A DNA stretch of 64,000 nucleotides from an uncultured delta proteobacterium (GTDB lineage Bacteria; Myxococcota_A; Polyangia; Polyangiales; Polyangiaceae). The translations under genes were made by a program, and so were the position numbers. The stretch covers positions 1,344,001 through 1,408,000 of the forward strand of contig CAVOKF010000007.1 in the NCBI GenBank assembly GCA_963696385.1, read 5' to 3'. Positions 43,398 through 55,249 of the stretch are shown piece by piece (position 1 is the first letter of the stretch; each line of letters opens with the position of its first letter). A model generated the notes under the pieces. That model saw only the letters and a program-made list of their open reading frames with translations. It was not told the DNA's origin and did no database searches.

Positions 43398-44855
43398 ATG
43401 ACCTTCCCTCCTTGCGAGCCGTCTTCTCCCGGGTCCACCGATGCTCTGGAGGGATGCAGTGTCGTCGTCGCGGATCCTACCGGAGAGGTCCATCGCCTGC
43501 TGGAAGAGGCGCTCGCTGGCCGCGGCGCGAACCTCGTTCACGGGCGCCGGTGGGAAGACGCCCTCGCGGCACTGGAAAGGGGCGCGGCGGACATCCTGGT
43601 CGCAGCTTCTCCTCTCGCCGGTGCCCTCGATTGGCTCCGGGCGTCCCAGGCGCGCTGGCCCGGGATGCCTGTCTTGTTGGTCACCGACCCGGCCTCGACG
43701 CGCGACGTCGCGGACGCGATTGGCGCCGGCGCGGACGACATCCTCGTTCGGCCAGTCACGGCGGGCCAGCTGGCGTTTGCGGTGCACAAGGCGCTCGTCG
43801 TGGCGCGCCGAACCGCGCCCGGGCCCCCGCCTCCCGCCGCGGGTTCGGAGATCGTCTTCGGTCGCTCCCGTGCCATGGCCGCCTTGCGCGTCTTGCTGCA
43901 GCAAGTGGCGCCCGCATCCTCGACGGTACTGGTGCGCGGCGAGAGCGGTACGGGCAAGGAGCTCGTGGCACGCGCACTCCACCGCCTCAGCCCGCGAAGC
44001 CAGCGGCCCTTCATCAGAATCGATTGCACGTCTCTCCCGGAGACGCTGATCGAGAGCGAGCTCTTTGGTCACGAGAAGGGCGCCTTCACGGGCGCGGCGG
44101 CCGCGAAAGCGGGGCGGGTGCAGCTCGCGGATGGGGGGACGCTATTTCTCGACGAGATCGGAGAGCTGGGCTTGCCGATGCAAGCCAAGCTCCTCCGCCT
44201 CCTCCAGGACCGGGAGTTCGAGCGCCTCGGCGGAAAGAAGACGATTCGCGTGGACGTACGCGTCGTCGCGGCAACGCACCGCGATCTGGAAGGCATGGTG
44301 GCGAGTGGTACGTTCCGCCAGGATCTCTTCTATCGCCTGAACGTCGTCCCGCTCTGGATCGCGCCCTTGCGCGCCCGGCGCGACGACATAGAAGAGCTGG
44401 CCGGCCATTTCTGTCGTCAGGTCGCGGTCGCCAACGCCAAACCGGACTTGCGCCTGGAGGACGAGGGCTTGCGGCTGCTCGCGTCGCAGCGGTGGCCCGG
44501 CAACGTTCGCCAGCTTCAGAACTTCGTCGAGCGGCTCGTCGTGCTTTGCGCGGGTTCCCGCATTTCCGAGGCCGACGTGCGCGCGGAGCTGGGGCGTCCT
44601 GTGAAGTTTGCGACGGATACGGGCTTGTCGGTGGGAGGCACCGCCAAGGAATCGAGTCGGGGCGGGCCCGTTGTTCCGCTGGACGAAGCGCGCCGCCGGG
44701 CCGAGCGCGAGGCGCTGCTGCGCGCCTTGAATCACACGGCAGGCAATCGCAGCGCCGCCGCCCGCCTCCTCGGAGTGAGCCGATCGACTTTCTACGCCAA
44801 GCTCGAAGAATACGGCCTCCTTGGAGCGCCGCCGAGTCCGGAGAAGATCGTATAG
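43398..44855 (+). CDS. Sigma54-dependent NtrC-family regulator (degenerate REC domain)
   Basis: GESGTGKE, GAFTGA, 'LFLDEIG', 'WPGNVRQL', Fis HTH. Confidence 0.93.
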   Translation: MTFPPCEPSSPGSTDALEGCSVVVADPTGEVHRLLEEALAGRGANLVHGRRWEDALAALERGAADILVAASPLAGALDWLRASQARWPGMPVLLVTDPASTRDVADAIGAGADDILVRPVTAGQLAFAVHKALVVARRTAPGPPPPAAGSEIVFGRSRAMAALRVLLQQVAPASSTVLVRGESGTGKELVARALHRLSPRSQRPFIRIDCTSLPETLIESELFGHEKGAFTGAAAAKAGRVQLADGGTLFLDEIGELGLPMQAKLLRLLQDREFERLGGKKTIRVDVRVVAATHRDLEGMVASGTFRQDLFYRLNVVPLWIAPLRARRDDIEELAGHFCRQVAVANAKPDLRLEDEGLRLLASQRWPGNVRQLQNFVERLVVLCAGSRISEADVRAELGRPVKFATDTGLSVGGTAKESSRGGPVVPLDEARRRAEREALLRALNHTAGNRSAAARLLGVSRSTFYAKLEEYGLLGAPPSPEKIV

Positions 44856-44871
44856 GATAGCGCGACGCGCG

Positions 44872-46375
44872 GTGAAGTTATCGTCCGGTCTCGTGCTTGG
44901 TGAGCGGTACCGCTTGGATCGTCCCCTGGGCGCCGGGGGTATGGGCGAAGTCTGGGCCGCCACGCACATGGTTACCGGGCGCCCGGTGGCCCTCAAGCGC
45001 CTGCTCCCGGCCCTGAGCACGGGCGCGGACAATCAGGCGCGGGCCCGGTTCGTGCTCGAGGCGCAGGCCGCATGCGCGGTCGAGCACCCCAACGTCGTCG
45101 AGATCCTCGACTACATGGAACCTGAGGACGAGGCGCCGGTGATCGTCATGGAGCTGCTGCAGGGTGAGACCCTCGCGGCTCGGCTCGCGCGCGAGCACGT
45201 GTTGTCGCTCGCGGAGACGGCGAATGTGATTCTTCCGGTGGCCTCGGCGGTGGGGACCGCGCATGCGCGCGGAGTGGTGCACCGCGACTTGAAGCCGGCC
45301 AACATATTCCTGACCCGCCGCGGCGAGGGCGAGCCCGTCGTCAAAGTGCTCGACTTCGGGATCGCCAAGTGGCTGGTCCCGCGCGCCGGGGAGGCTGCAC
45401 CGCGAACGCAGACCGGGTCGACGCTCGGAACACCCTCCTACATGGCGCCGGAGCAGGCCGTGGGCGACCGGCGCATCAATCATCGGGTCGATGTCTGGTC
45501 GCTCGGGGTCGTGCTCTACGAGTGCCTCAGCGGCGCGCGCCCGGTGGAGGGGGAGAACGCCGCGCACATGATGATGCGCCTCATGAGCACCGGGATCATC
45601 CCGATCGGGCAACTCGTCCCCGGCCTTCCGCGCGAGCTCGGGGATCTCATCGGCCGGATGCTCGCGCGCCAGCCTTCGCGGCGGCCTCGGGATATGCGTG
45701 AAGTCTGCGCGGCCCTGGCGCCGCACGCCAAGAGATCGGTCCCGTCCTTTGGAGAACCGCAGGTCCAGTCGGTCGGTGCCGACAATCTCGCCGTCGCGTC
45801 TTCGACGGTGGCCCCTCACGTTTCATGGGGGGAGACCGCATCGCACGCGGGCGCCACACGGGCAGGCGAGCGCGGAGGCCGTGCTTCCGGGCAAGGGCCC
45901 CCGCGCGCGCGCCTGTTCGCGACGGCAATTGCCCTGTGCGGCTTTGCCCTCGCGGCCATGGAGTGGCATCGGGCGGCATCGTCCTCGATTCGTCCCGCGA
46001 TTGCCGCCCCCACGGCGTCGGCGCGGTCCACGGACGTGCGCGACGACCGCGCCGTCGCACCGGCGGCGCCCGGGCCGAGCGCGGAGTTGCCGACGGCAGA
46101 AGTCGACTCCGAGTCCCGTCCGGAGCTCGCCGCGGCAGTCGCTTCTTCGCGAGCGACGGCGATTCTGGGCCTGACCGTACACCCGAACGCAAGACCGTGG
46201 CCCGCGACCTCGGGCCACGTCGAGACGCGGGACGCCCCCCGCGCTGCGCCGCGCAGCCCACTCGCGTCCCCCCCCCGTTGCGCCGGCGGCGGCGAGCGCC
46301 AGCGCGATCTCCGCGGGCAGGACTGTCCCGCCGGCCCCGGCGCCGCACGACCCGCTCGACATTCACCTGAAGTGA
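44872..46375 (+). CDS. Membrane Ser/Thr kinase (frameshift in the C-run near 46270)
   Basis: GAGGMG, HRDLKPAN, DFG, APE; tail 'DPLDIHLK*' in the shifted frame parallels kinase 1. Confidence 0.88.
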
Positions 46376-46390
46376 GGAGGGCCCGCTCGC

Positions 46391-47395
46391 ATGCGCAATC
46401 TCCGCTACGTTCTCGTGGTCGCCGGCCTCTTCGCGTCCGCACCCGCGCGAGCGGACGCGCCGCCGGACCGGACGACCGCGAGCGTCGCCGCGGATCCTCC
46501 CGACGCCGGACCCGACGCCGCTCCCCCCGCGCTCGCAGACGTGCTCGTGGGCCCGGCCCGAGAAGACTACTTTGCGGCACGGCAGCTCTACGGAGACGGA
46601 GAGTTCGCGCGCGCACTCGCTCGATTCAAGGCGGCTTACAATGCCTCTCAGGATCCGCGCCTGCTGTGGAACGCTGCGGTCTGCGAGAAGGCGATGGGCC
46701 ACTATGCGGCGGCAATCGCGCTCGTGCAACGCTACCTCGAGGCGGGAGCACCGCGCGTGACTCCGGAGGCCGAGCACGAAGCCCGGGCCTTCGTGACGGC
46801 CGCCGCCACCCGCACCGGGCGGCTCGACGTGGTCTCGAGCGAAGGGGAAGCGCGGGTCTACGTCGACGGTGTCGCGGTCGCGCAAACACCTCTACGCCCG
46901 GCCCACGTCGTATCGGTCGTCGACGAGGGCCTCCACCAAGTTGCGCTGGAGAAGAGTGGATTCGCCCCGTTCGCGACCCAGGTCGCCGTGCGCGCGGAGA
47001 GCGAGGCGACGGTGGTCGCCGTGCTCGTGCGAGTCGACCCTCACGGCCGCGTCGCGGTGCACGCCGGTCCGGGCGATGCGATTGCTATCGATGGTCGCGT
47101 CGTCGCGGGGGGCACCTGGGAGGGCGAGCTCTCTGCCGACACCCACTCCGTGCGGGTGACCGCCTCCGGAAAGCGGACCTTTCGGACGGATCTGCTCGTC
47201 GGCGAAGGAGAAACGCGGGAGCTCGACGTCAGACTCGAGCCCAGCGCCGCCGGCTCGCTCCCCGCCTGGGCATGGATCGTCGGGGGAACCGTACTCGCCG
47301 CCGGAGCCACGACCGCCGCATACTTTCTCTTCCGCACCGGCGGCGAGCCGGCCACTCCTGCCCAAGGGACCATCGCAACCGTACATTCGCCTTAG
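46391..47395 (+). CDS. TPR + PEGA domain protein
   Basis: Paralog of 22073-23056. Confidence 0.85.
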   Translation: MRNLRYVLVVAGLFASAPARADAPPDRTTASVAADPPDAGPDAAPPALADVLVGPAREDYFAARQLYGDGEFARALARFKAAYNASQDPRLLWNAAVCEKAMGHYAAAIALVQRYLEAGAPRVTPEAEHEARAFVTAAATRTGRLDVVSSEGEARVYVDGVAVAQTPLRPAHVVSVVDEGLHQVALEKSGFAPFATQVAVRAESEATVVAVLVRVDPHGRVAVHAGPGDAIAIDGRVVAGGTWEGELSADTHSVRVTASGKRTFRTDLLVGEGETRELDVRLEPSAAGSLPAWAWIVGGTVLAAGATTAAYFLFRTGGEPATPAQGTIATVHSP

Positions 47396-47401
47396 CCCTG
47401 A

Positions 47402-49136
47402 ATGCCTTCACGGTCCTGCTCCCTGGCTTTCCTAGCAAGCGTCATCGCTTGCGGCGCGGTTGGTTCCTGCAGCCGCGAGCCAGTGGGCGAGCTCCTCCTG
47501 GTCGTCACGACGGACCTGTCCATCCCCAAGGACCTCGATACGCTCCACGTCAGTATAACGCTCCCGGGAGGCGGGACGCTTCTGGACCAGGACTATCGGC
47601 TGGACGTCGCGGACCCGTGGTTGCCGGGAACGATCGCCGTGGTCTCGGGCCCGAAGACGACGGGGCCGGTGACCGTTCGTGCTGCCGGACTTCTCGCGGG
47701 GGTCGAGCGGATTTCGCGAGAGGTGATCGCGACGGTGCCCGACGATCACGTGGTGACCTTGCCGCTCCCGCTCGACTGGCTGTGCATCGGCGTTCCATGT
47801 GCCGAAGGCGAGACGTGCCAGGCGGGCGCGTGCGTTTCTGCGACCGTCGACGCCGCGGCGGCGAGCGGCGTGCCCCCGCTGGCCTCTCCGGGCGCGGGCG
47901 CAGCGAGCGCCGCGGAAGGAGGCGCGGCATGCTTCGAATCCCGCGGCGTGCTTCACCTCGGCGACGCTGTGGCCGTTGCCCCTGGGAGCGGGCTGCTCAT
48001 TGCCCAAGCCGGGCGGAGGCGCGGGGGTCGACGTGGCGCTCCTCGTGCGCGGAGGAGACGGGGTCTGCCAGGGGGGAAGCTGTCTCGTGGTCCTCGAGGG
48101 GGAAAGCGCGGAGGGATGGCGGAGCAGCGCGGACGGGGCGCAGATCGAGCTTCCGCCGGCCGTCTGCGAGAACGCCGCCGTCGCCGCGGTGGAAGTGACG
48201 ACGGCGTGCGCGGGCAACGAAGACAACGTCGTCCTCTGCGCCGGTGATCCCGACCTCGGCACCGGGTGTACCGGAGATGCAGGCAAGGCGTGTCCCGAGG
48301 GCTACGCCTGCGCGAACTTCGGTCGCCAGAGCCGGTGCGTTCCTTCGAATCCCCCGGTCGTCGTCGGTGTCGTCGACGCCGGGTCTGCGCCCGATGGCGA
48401 GGATGGCGGCGAGTGCACCCCGGAGGCGGGCCCGGGAGCGGTCCTGATCGACGACATGACCGGATCAGCCCAGATCAAGCTAGCGATTCCCGCGGGGTCC
48501 GGTACGCCCGGCTTCTGGTTCACGTTCGACGGGGCCGGTGAGGCCGGTGAGATTGAGCCCGCGATGGGCAGTGCTTTCAGCTACGCCGCGGTGACGCCGA
48601 CCGCGGTGTGCGCGCCCCCGGTATCGCGCGCCGCGTGCATGCGCAGCGCAGTGGCCGTCGTCGACTTCGCGGGGATGGGTTTCAATTTCAGGACGGCGGG
48701 GACCAACGCCGACGGCGGCCCGTCGCAGCCGATCCCCCTCGATGTGAGGGCCTACAAGGGCATCCGTTTCTGGGCAAGGGCCGCTGCCGGCGGTATGCAG
48801 AATCTATCGGTCCAGTTCCCCGACGGGTCCAACTACGCCTCTTCCCCTGGCGCCGCGTGCTTGTCCGCGCAGCCGCTCACATGCGGCAACTACTTTCAGT
48901 CGACGGTGGCGCTCACGGACCTCTGGCAGCCTTACGAGGTCGATTTCGCCTCGCTCTCGCTGCTCTTGAACGAAGCGGACGGGTTCTATTCGGCAAGCGC
49001 GTTCGACGACGCCGCGGCGATCGGCGTGGAGTTCTCGCTATTCCCCTCTGGACCGGATGCGGGGGGCGTGCCCGACGCGAACGCCGGGCTGGGCTTCGAC
49101 GTCTGTGTCGCGTCAATCTACTTCGTACCGCAATAG
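47402..49136 (+). CDS. Cys-rich lipoprotein with CBM11-like C-terminal domain (frameshift near 47938)
   Basis: N-terminus 'LLLVVTTDLSIPKDLD' parallels 23053; 'LDVRAYKGIRFWA', 'WQPYEVDF'. Confidence 0.7.
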
Positions 49137-49442
49137 CGGCAGCGGGCTTGCTCTCTGCGACGGGCGAGGTGTCCGGAACGCCGGACAGTGTACGGGCCGC
49201 CGCACGGCCGCACGAGGCCTCACGAGAAGAGCGCGCCCGAACCCCGGCCGATTCGGAACGCCCGCGCGCGACGCCGCACGCGGGCGAAGAGAGCTAGAAA
49301 CGCGGCCTTCACGGCGCCATCATGATCCGAGATTCGAAGGTCCCCCTGCGGTCATCGACGCGGCACGGAAGCTGCGATGACCGAGACCCCGGGGCCACAT
49401 GCTGCCTTGCCGGCAGCGCACGACGGCCAAGAGGAAACAGTC

Positions 49443-50309
49443 ATGTCGAAAAGTCGCATCTCACAAGTGTTGGCGTTTGCCGGAACATCGGGCCTGGCCC
49501 TCGTTCTCGGATGCTCGAGCGCGGGTGGGGCGCCATCCGCCGAAACGGACGGGGGAGGCCTGTCCTCCGGCCCGGATCCGACCGAGGGCGGAGCGCCGCA
49601 GGTCGTGGAAGACGCCGGGGGCAACGCCCCTGTAAGTTACACCCTACTGGACGACATGGAGCGAGCGGACCAGTTCGCGACCTGGGCTCCCCCAGGCTCA
49701 ACGGGCTTCTGGTCTACCCATACGGACCCCGCCCAGGTGGACTCGATTTCGCCCGGAGCGACCTGGTCTTACTCCGCCGTGCCGACGCCTTACGAGACGT
49801 TCCCTGGAATCACCAGTACTCACGCGGCGCGCTTTCGTACCCTCCAGCCCCTCGTGAACACGTTCGGCGGCTCGATGGGCCTCGCCTTCGTCGACGCGAC
49901 CCGCGCGGCCGCGGGGGACTTCAGCATGAGTCTTCCGGTCGACCTGACCAAATACCGAGGCCTCACCTTCTGGGCAATGGCCGATCAGAGCGAAGACGCG
50001 ACGATCCTTCTCGAGCTTTTCGACAAGAATACGTATCCGAGTGGAGGCGTGTGCACGGACAGCGATGGCGGCACCGCCAATTGCTACAATGGGTTTGGGA
50101 CGACGCTGACGCTGACGGGCGCATTCACCCAGTACACCGTGGACTTCTCCACCCTCGCGCAAGACCCCACGTGGGGTTTTCAACCCTTGCCCGACGTGCC
50201 GGATCTGGAGAACACGTACGTGCTGGTCGTGCAGGTCAATACGCCGGCGGGCGCCGCGAGCGTCACGTTCGACGTCTGGATCGACAATCTCTACCTCATC
50301 GACAAATAA
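49443..50309 (+). CDS. Lipoprotein with CBM11-like domain
   Basis: VLGC lipobox; 'VDLTKYRGLTFWA', 'FDVWIDNLYL'. Confidence 0.75.
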   Translation: MSKSRISQVLAFAGTSGLALVLGCSSAGGAPSAETDGGGLSSGPDPTEGGAPQVVEDAGGNAPVSYTLLDDMERADQFATWAPPGSTGFWSTHTDPAQVDSISPGATWSYSAVPTPYETFPGITSTHAARFRTLQPLVNTFGGSMGLAFVDATRAAAGDFSMSLPVDLTKYRGLTFWAMADQSEDATILLELFDKNTYPSGGVCTDSDGGTANCYNGFGTTLTLTGAFTQYTVDFSTLAQDPTWGFQPLPDVPDLENTYVLVVQVNTPAGAASVTFDVWIDNLYLIDK

Positions 50310-50629
50310 CGCCGCGAGCGCGGCCGACGCGCGATTGCGGGCAACTTGTCGAGCGCGCCGCCGCCCGCTCGACGCGCAGCGGCGCCCGCTCTTCAAGAGC
50401 AGTCGGCGGCCCCGCCGACCCGGAGTCGTACCATGAGGCCGACTCGGTCCCAGAGAACGGCGCGCCGGCATCTGCGGAGGGCGGCGAGCAGTCAGCCGTA
50501 GCAGGCTACGCGTGATGGCGGAAGCAAGGGAGCAGGCAAGGCCGCGATTGCGGTCGACGGGAGCGGATTGGAGAAGTCCGGGATGCCTCGGCTGAGGGCA
50601 ATAGCCTCAGAAGAAGGAGGTCATCCAGG

Positions 50630-51080
50630 ATGAAAGCCAAACGTACGTATGCCGCGGTCGATGTCGAGCAATTCGATCTGGCGGCGGTTCTGCCCCTGGT
50701 CGCACTGGGCTTACTACTCGCCCTCCATGTCGCGTGACCTGACTCTGTACCGGCGCTTCGATCAAGGGCGCGGCTGCGACTTTCCCTCTTTTCTTCGTTT
50801 TCTTCGGAGCGATCGGAGTGAGGTGTTTGAGTGGCAGCGTCAGCATCCGTGACCGTGCCGCGCCATGATCTCGACAATCGCTGCCAGTCCGCTCGGGGGC
50901 CAGATCCTCGCGAACGCGAATGGTCACGCCGCCGGCGGTGATCTCGACCTGCTCCGGCCCTCCCGACGTCACCGGGACGGCAACGAACGCCGGCGCCACC
51001 ACCTCGGCTATGCGCTTCTGCCGCCAGCGCCGCTACGGCCACGATCGTGCGCCGAGCGCCGTCCGACGCGAACGGCGCCA
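50630..51080. pseudogene. IS remnants: IS110-like N-terminus (+) and IS66 tnpA/tnpB-like fragment (-)
   Basis: 'MKAKRTYAAVDVEQ'; 'FVAVPV..VEITAGGVTIRV' followed by 'MLTLP'. Confidence 0.45.
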
Positions 51081-51366
51081 TGACGAGAGCGGCCGCCGCC
51101 GCAAGTTGAACCGCCGACCCCTCGCCGAGGGATCGGCCTGACGAAGTCGATAGCCCGTCACATCCTACGTTCCGTGCTACGGTGATCCCCGACGGGCGCT
51201 CACCGGCCCGGCAGCTGGGGGGGCGGCCCATGGCGGAAGCGTGTAGCGTCGAGCCGGTCGCACGAGATGGACATGCGACAGCGCGGTCGCGCCCGGTGCT
51301 CGGGCTGCGCGGTCCCGTGCCGGACGGTGCGGCCAGCAGGGCGAGACCGAAGGGTTTCGCGCCGGA

Positions 51367-53517
51367 GTGGACGTGACCTCGCCGGAGGATGCGACGGTCC
51401 GACGTCTCGAGGAGAGACTCCGGTTCCTATCCGGCGCGTTGCGGACGTTCGCCGAAGCGACGAGCCATTACGAACAGCTGCTGGACGTGATCGCCCGCAC
51501 ACTGGGCGGCCAGGATGGCTGCGTGCTCCGCCTTCTGTCCGACGGGGGATGGCTCTCCGCGGTCGCCACCCATCTCCCTGTTCAGGATCACCTGGGTGAT
51601 GCGGAGGCCGTTGCCCGGATTCGAGCGCACGTTGCCGCTTCCCACAACGTGGCCGAGCACGCCGGCTTACGGCGCGTGGTCGAGACGGGAGAACCGGTGC
51701 TCGTCGCAGTCGTGGACCTGGACCAGCTGCGAACTGAGGCCACACCCGAGATGGTGCAGATCTACGAGCTTCTAGGCATTCACAGCCATCTGCTCGTTGC
51801 CCTCCGCGCCCGAGGCAAGTCCATCGGATCGCTCGCCATACTTCGGTTCGATCCGACCTTGCCGCCCTTTGACGCGTACGATCTGGACATGGTGCAAGCT
51901 CTGGCCGACCACGCTGCGCTCGCTGTCGGCAACGCCCGCTCGTTCGCCGCCGAACGAGCCGCACGAGATGCTGCCGAGAGGGCGAAAGAGGACTTGCGGG
52001 CGTCGGAGGCCCGCTATCGATTGATGTTCGAGAACAGCCCCTTACCCAAGTGGTTGTACGACGTGGAGAGTCTCCGGTTCCTGGAAGTCAACGACGCCGC
52101 CGTTCGCAACTATGGATACTCGCGCGAAGAGTACCTGGCGATGACGATCGAGGACATTCGTCCGCCGGAGGAGGTGCCCACCTTGCTCGAGTCCGTGCGT
52201 CAACCGACCCTCCAGTCCAGGACCCAAACGTCGAGGCACCGAAGAAAAAGCGGCGAGGTTTTCCCCGTCGAGATCACGGTGCACGGCATCACGCTCGGAG
52301 GTCGCTCATGCGCACTCGCGGTCGGCAAAGACATCACGGAGCGACTTGGGCTGGAGGAGCAGCTCCGCCAATCGCAGAAGATGGAGGCCGTGGGGCGGCT
52401 AGCCGGGGGAGTGGCGCATGACTTCAACAACGTGCTGTCGGTCATCCTCAGCAACGCAGAGATGCTGCTGGCCGACATGAAGCCCGACGACCCCATGCAC
52501 GAGGATATCGAGGAGATCAAAAAGGCCGGTCTGCGCGCAGCCGATCTCACGCGGCAGCTTCTCATGTTCAGCCGCCAGCAGGTGCTCGCACCGAAGGTCC
52601 TCGACCTGAACGACGTGCTTACCAGCATGGACAAAATGCTTCAGCGCATCCTGGGGGCAGACATCGATCTCCTTTCGATCCCCACGCGCCCGCTAGGCAG
52701 GGTGCGTGCCGACCCGAGCAGCGTGGCGCAGGTCATCCTGAACCTCGTCGTGAACGCGCGCGACGCCATGCCTACCGGCGGCAAGCTCACCATGGAGACC
52801 GCCAACGTCGTACTCGACGAGGTTTATGCGCAAGCTCATCTAGGGGCGGCGCCAGGCCCGCACGTCATGCTCGCGGTGACCGACACCGGCACGGGAATCG
52901 ACAAGTCCATTGTGGCGCACATCTTCGAGCCGTTCTTTACGACCAAGGAGAGCGGCAAGGGTACGGGGCTTGGACTTTCGACCGTCTTCGGAGTCGTTCG
53001 GCAGAGCGGCGGCAGCGTCTGGGTCTACAGCGAAGTGGGGAAAGGGACGACCTTCAAGATCTACCTGCCGCGCGTGGATGCGGCCGTCGAAGTGGCCCGC
53101 GAAACCCAACCACCCGCTTCACTGCGAGGCTCCGAGACGATATTGCTCGTCGAGGATGACGATCAAGTGCGGCTCGTGGCTCACAGCATCCTCAGCAGAA
53201 GCGGTTATCACGTCATCGAGGCGCGTAACGCTGGAGAGGCGCTCCTGCACTCCGAGGAGCATGCCGGCACGATCGATCTGCTGCTCAGCGATGTCGTCAT
53301 GCCGCGGATGAGTGGCCCTGCGCTTGCGAAGCGGCTCGCGAGCGCCCGACCCTACATGAAGGTGCTCTGCATGTCCGGCTACACCGATGACAGCATCGTC
53401 CGCCACGGCGTCCTTGAAGCCCACATCGCCTATCTTCAGAAGCCCATCACCCCGGAGGCGCTGACCACGAGGGTGCGCGAGGTGTTGGACGAGGCGTCGA
53501 CCGGACAGGGTGGGTGA
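51367..53517 (+). CDS. GAF-PAS hybrid histidine kinase with REC domain
   Basis: 'AHDFNN', 'NLVVNARDAM', 'DTGTGI', 'GTGLGL', C-terminal receiver. Confidence 0.95.
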   Translation: MDVTSPEDATVRRLEERLRFLSGALRTFAEATSHYEQLLDVIARTLGGQDGCVLRLLSDGGWLSAVATHLPVQDHLGDAEAVARIRAHVAASHNVAEHAGLRRVVETGEPVLVAVVDLDQLRTEATPEMVQIYELLGIHSHLLVALRARGKSIGSLAILRFDPTLPPFDAYDLDMVQALADHAALAVGNARSFAAERAARDAAERAKEDLRASEARYRLMFENSPLPKWLYDVESLRFLEVNDAAVRNYGYSREEYLAMTIEDIRPPEEVPTLLESVRQPTLQSRTQTSRHRRKSGEVFPVEITVHGITLGGRSCALAVGKDITERLGLEEQLRQSQKMEAVGRLAGGVAHDFNNVLSVILSNAEMLLADMKPDDPMHEDIEEIKKAGLRAADLTRQLLMFSRQQVLAPKVLDLNDVLTSMDKMLQRILGADIDLLSIPTRPLGRVRADPSSVAQVILNLVVNARDAMPTGGKLTMETANVVLDEVYAQAHLGAAPGPHVMLAVTDTGTGIDKSIVAHIFEPFFTTKESGKGTGLGLSTVFGVVRQSGGSVWVYSEVGKGTTFKIYLPRVDAAVEVARETQPPASLRGSETILLVEDDDQVRLVAHSILSRSGYHVIEARNAGEALLHSEEHAGTIDLLLSDVVMPRMSGPALAKRLASARPYMKVLCMSGYTDDSIVRHGVLEAHIAYLQKPITPEALTTRVREVLDEASTGQGG

Positions 53518-53592
53518 CGTGTCCAAAGCGGCGACCGTACGCTTCGCGCGGGGCGATGGTCCACGAGCGAGCCAGGCCGCCTCGACGGTTGA

Positions 53593-53664
53593 GCGAGTAG
53601 GCGCTCCAAAGCTTGTCGGCCGACGAAGAGACGCGGAAACCGCCGCGGTCACATATAACCCGTT
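53593..53664 (+). repeat. 110-bp site copy G, part 1 (resumes 55151-55188)
   Basis: Left arm nearly identical to copy B; rejoined length 110 bp. Confidence 0.9.
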
Positions 53665-55140
53665 CATAAGTTGGTACTTAGGGATTCGGGATGGCGCTCG
53701 CTACCACACAAGTGCGAGTGGCTCGAGGCCCATAGCGAGACGTCCGCGCTTTCGATCGCGAGCAGGATGAGCGCGGCGCGCGTTGGAATCGAGGAACTTG
53801 AGCGTTTCGGCGAGGGCACGACGTAGTTGGCGCGGCGAGTCGAGAAGGCCGCGGAGGACATCGTCGAAGTAATGCTTGCCGGACGCGGCGGCTCGCTGGG
53901 TCGAAAGCTCCACCCCCAGCGACGCTTCCGCGAAGTGTGCGAGCGAGCGTTTCAGAAGGGCTGCGAGCAGGCTCGCCCATATCATCGCTTTCGCGATAGC
54001 GGCCTTGCCCGTATCGAAGGCATGAAGGTTGGCGTGGGATTTGAACTCTTTGAACAGGAGTTCCACCTGCCAGCGGAGGCGATACAAGCCGGCCACGTCG
54101 GCGGCGGAGAAGCGCTTGCGGGCGAGGTTGCTGTGCAGGTACACGAACGTCTTCGCGTTGCGCTTGCCGCGCTTGTAGATCGCCACAATTCGCCCGCGAT
54201 ACACGAATGAATTCGCCTGCCATTCGATGTCGAGATCGACCGTCTGGGCCGGAAGCAGGTCCCAGTTCAACTTCTGGCCGAGCAACTTGGGGATGGATTT
54301 GCCGGCGCTGTCGAAAGCGGCCCGAATGGTGGGTCGAATGTTTTTGGTTCCGCGGACGATGAAGGCGCCGCCCGCTTGGTCGACGTCGAAAAAGAATGTT
54401 CGCTCCTCGTACCCTCGGTCGGCCAGAAAGAGCCGCTCGCGAAGACTCGCGGCCTCGGGACGGTAGGTTCGCTCGGTCTCCTTGTCGGCCGTCAGGGCGA
54501 CGATGCGCACATCGTCTTGGAGCAGACTCATCGTGACGTGCAGTTCCACGGCGGCTGGCGAGATTTTCGTAAAGCGGCCCGGCCATGTGCCTTTCAAGTC
54601 GTCCTTGAGCGCGAACGACGTCCCGTCGTGAATGACGATGTCCCGAAAGGTCGACAGTTTGGGGGACACGGCGTGCAGAACCGGCTGGCTCATCTTCTGT
54701 ACCGTCGCTTCCAGCAGCATCCGAAACATCTCTGGAAAGGACGCTTGCGCGAGCCGGTTGTGAAAGGGCTTATATCGCAGCGAAAGGCCCGCGAATTTCC
54801 GGAACGTCCGCAGAATATCGGCCAACCACTTGGCGTGGCCCGACCCGAGCGTGGACAGCACCGCCACGACCATCGCCAGCGGCATCACCTTGCGCACTCG
54901 CCGTAGCCAGCCGCTACGTCTCGCGATCGCGGTCACCTGCTCCTCGCCGAGTACTTCCGTAAGCCGTTTCGCATACACGCCGACTCCGGCGCGTGTACTG
55001 TTTGATCCGTGCATCGGGGGTCTCCTTTCGCGTTGTCTCACAACAGCGTCTAGAGAATCCCCGATGCCTTTGACTATCCAATTCGTGCACTATGCACGTA
55101 AGTGATCGAGATCACTCGGGAAATAAAGATCCTACCTATG
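53665..55140 (-). mobile_element. IS4-family element inserted in the core of site G
   Basis: Ends CATAAGTTGG/CATAGGTAGG; 10-bp TSD ATAACCCGTT (53655-53664, 55141-55150). Confidence 0.92.
53701..55014 (-). CDS. IS4-family transposase
   Basis: 'HDGTS', 'ADRGY', YREK 'YRLRWQVELLFKEFK'. Confidence 0.92.
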   Translation of the reverse strand: MHGSNSTRAGVGVYAKRLTEVLGEEQVTAIARRSGWLRRVRKVMPLAMVVAVLSTLGSGHAKWLADILRTFRKFAGLSLRYKPFHNRLAQASFPEMFRMLLEATVQKMSQPVLHAVSPKLSTFRDIVIHDGTSFALKDDLKGTWPGRFTKISPAAVELHVTMSLLQDDVRIVALTADKETERTYRPEAASLRERLFLADRGYEERTFFFDVDQAGGAFIVRGTKNIRPTIRAAFDSAGKSIPKLLGQKLNWDLLPAQTVDLDIEWQANSFVYRGRIVAIYKRGKRNAKTFVYLHSNLARKRFSAADVAGLYRLRWQVELLFKEFKSHANLHAFDTGKAAIAKAMIWASLLAALLKRSLAHFAEASLGVELSTQRAAASGKHYFDDVLRGLLDSPRQLRRALAETLKFLDSNARRAHPARDRKRGRLAMGLEPLALVW

Positions 55141-55150
55141 ATAACCCGTT

Positions 55151-55188
55151 AGGGGCTTCCGCCGTCGCTGTAATGGCGAACCGATTTG
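55151..55188 (+). repeat. 110-bp site copy G, part 2
   Basis: AGGGGCTTCCGCCGTCGCTGTAATGGCGAACCGATTTG. Confidence 0.88.
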
Positions 55189-55249
55189 AACAGATCCAAA
55201 GCGCACGTCGCCCGCGCGGCGCCGCATCAGCGCGCCGCAATCGGGGCTC

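Noticed and set aside
44821..48198. 1125-aa kinase ORF in the track
   Set aside because: Read-through caused by the frameshift near 46270; the downstream part is an off-frame shadow of the PEGA and lipoprotein genes.
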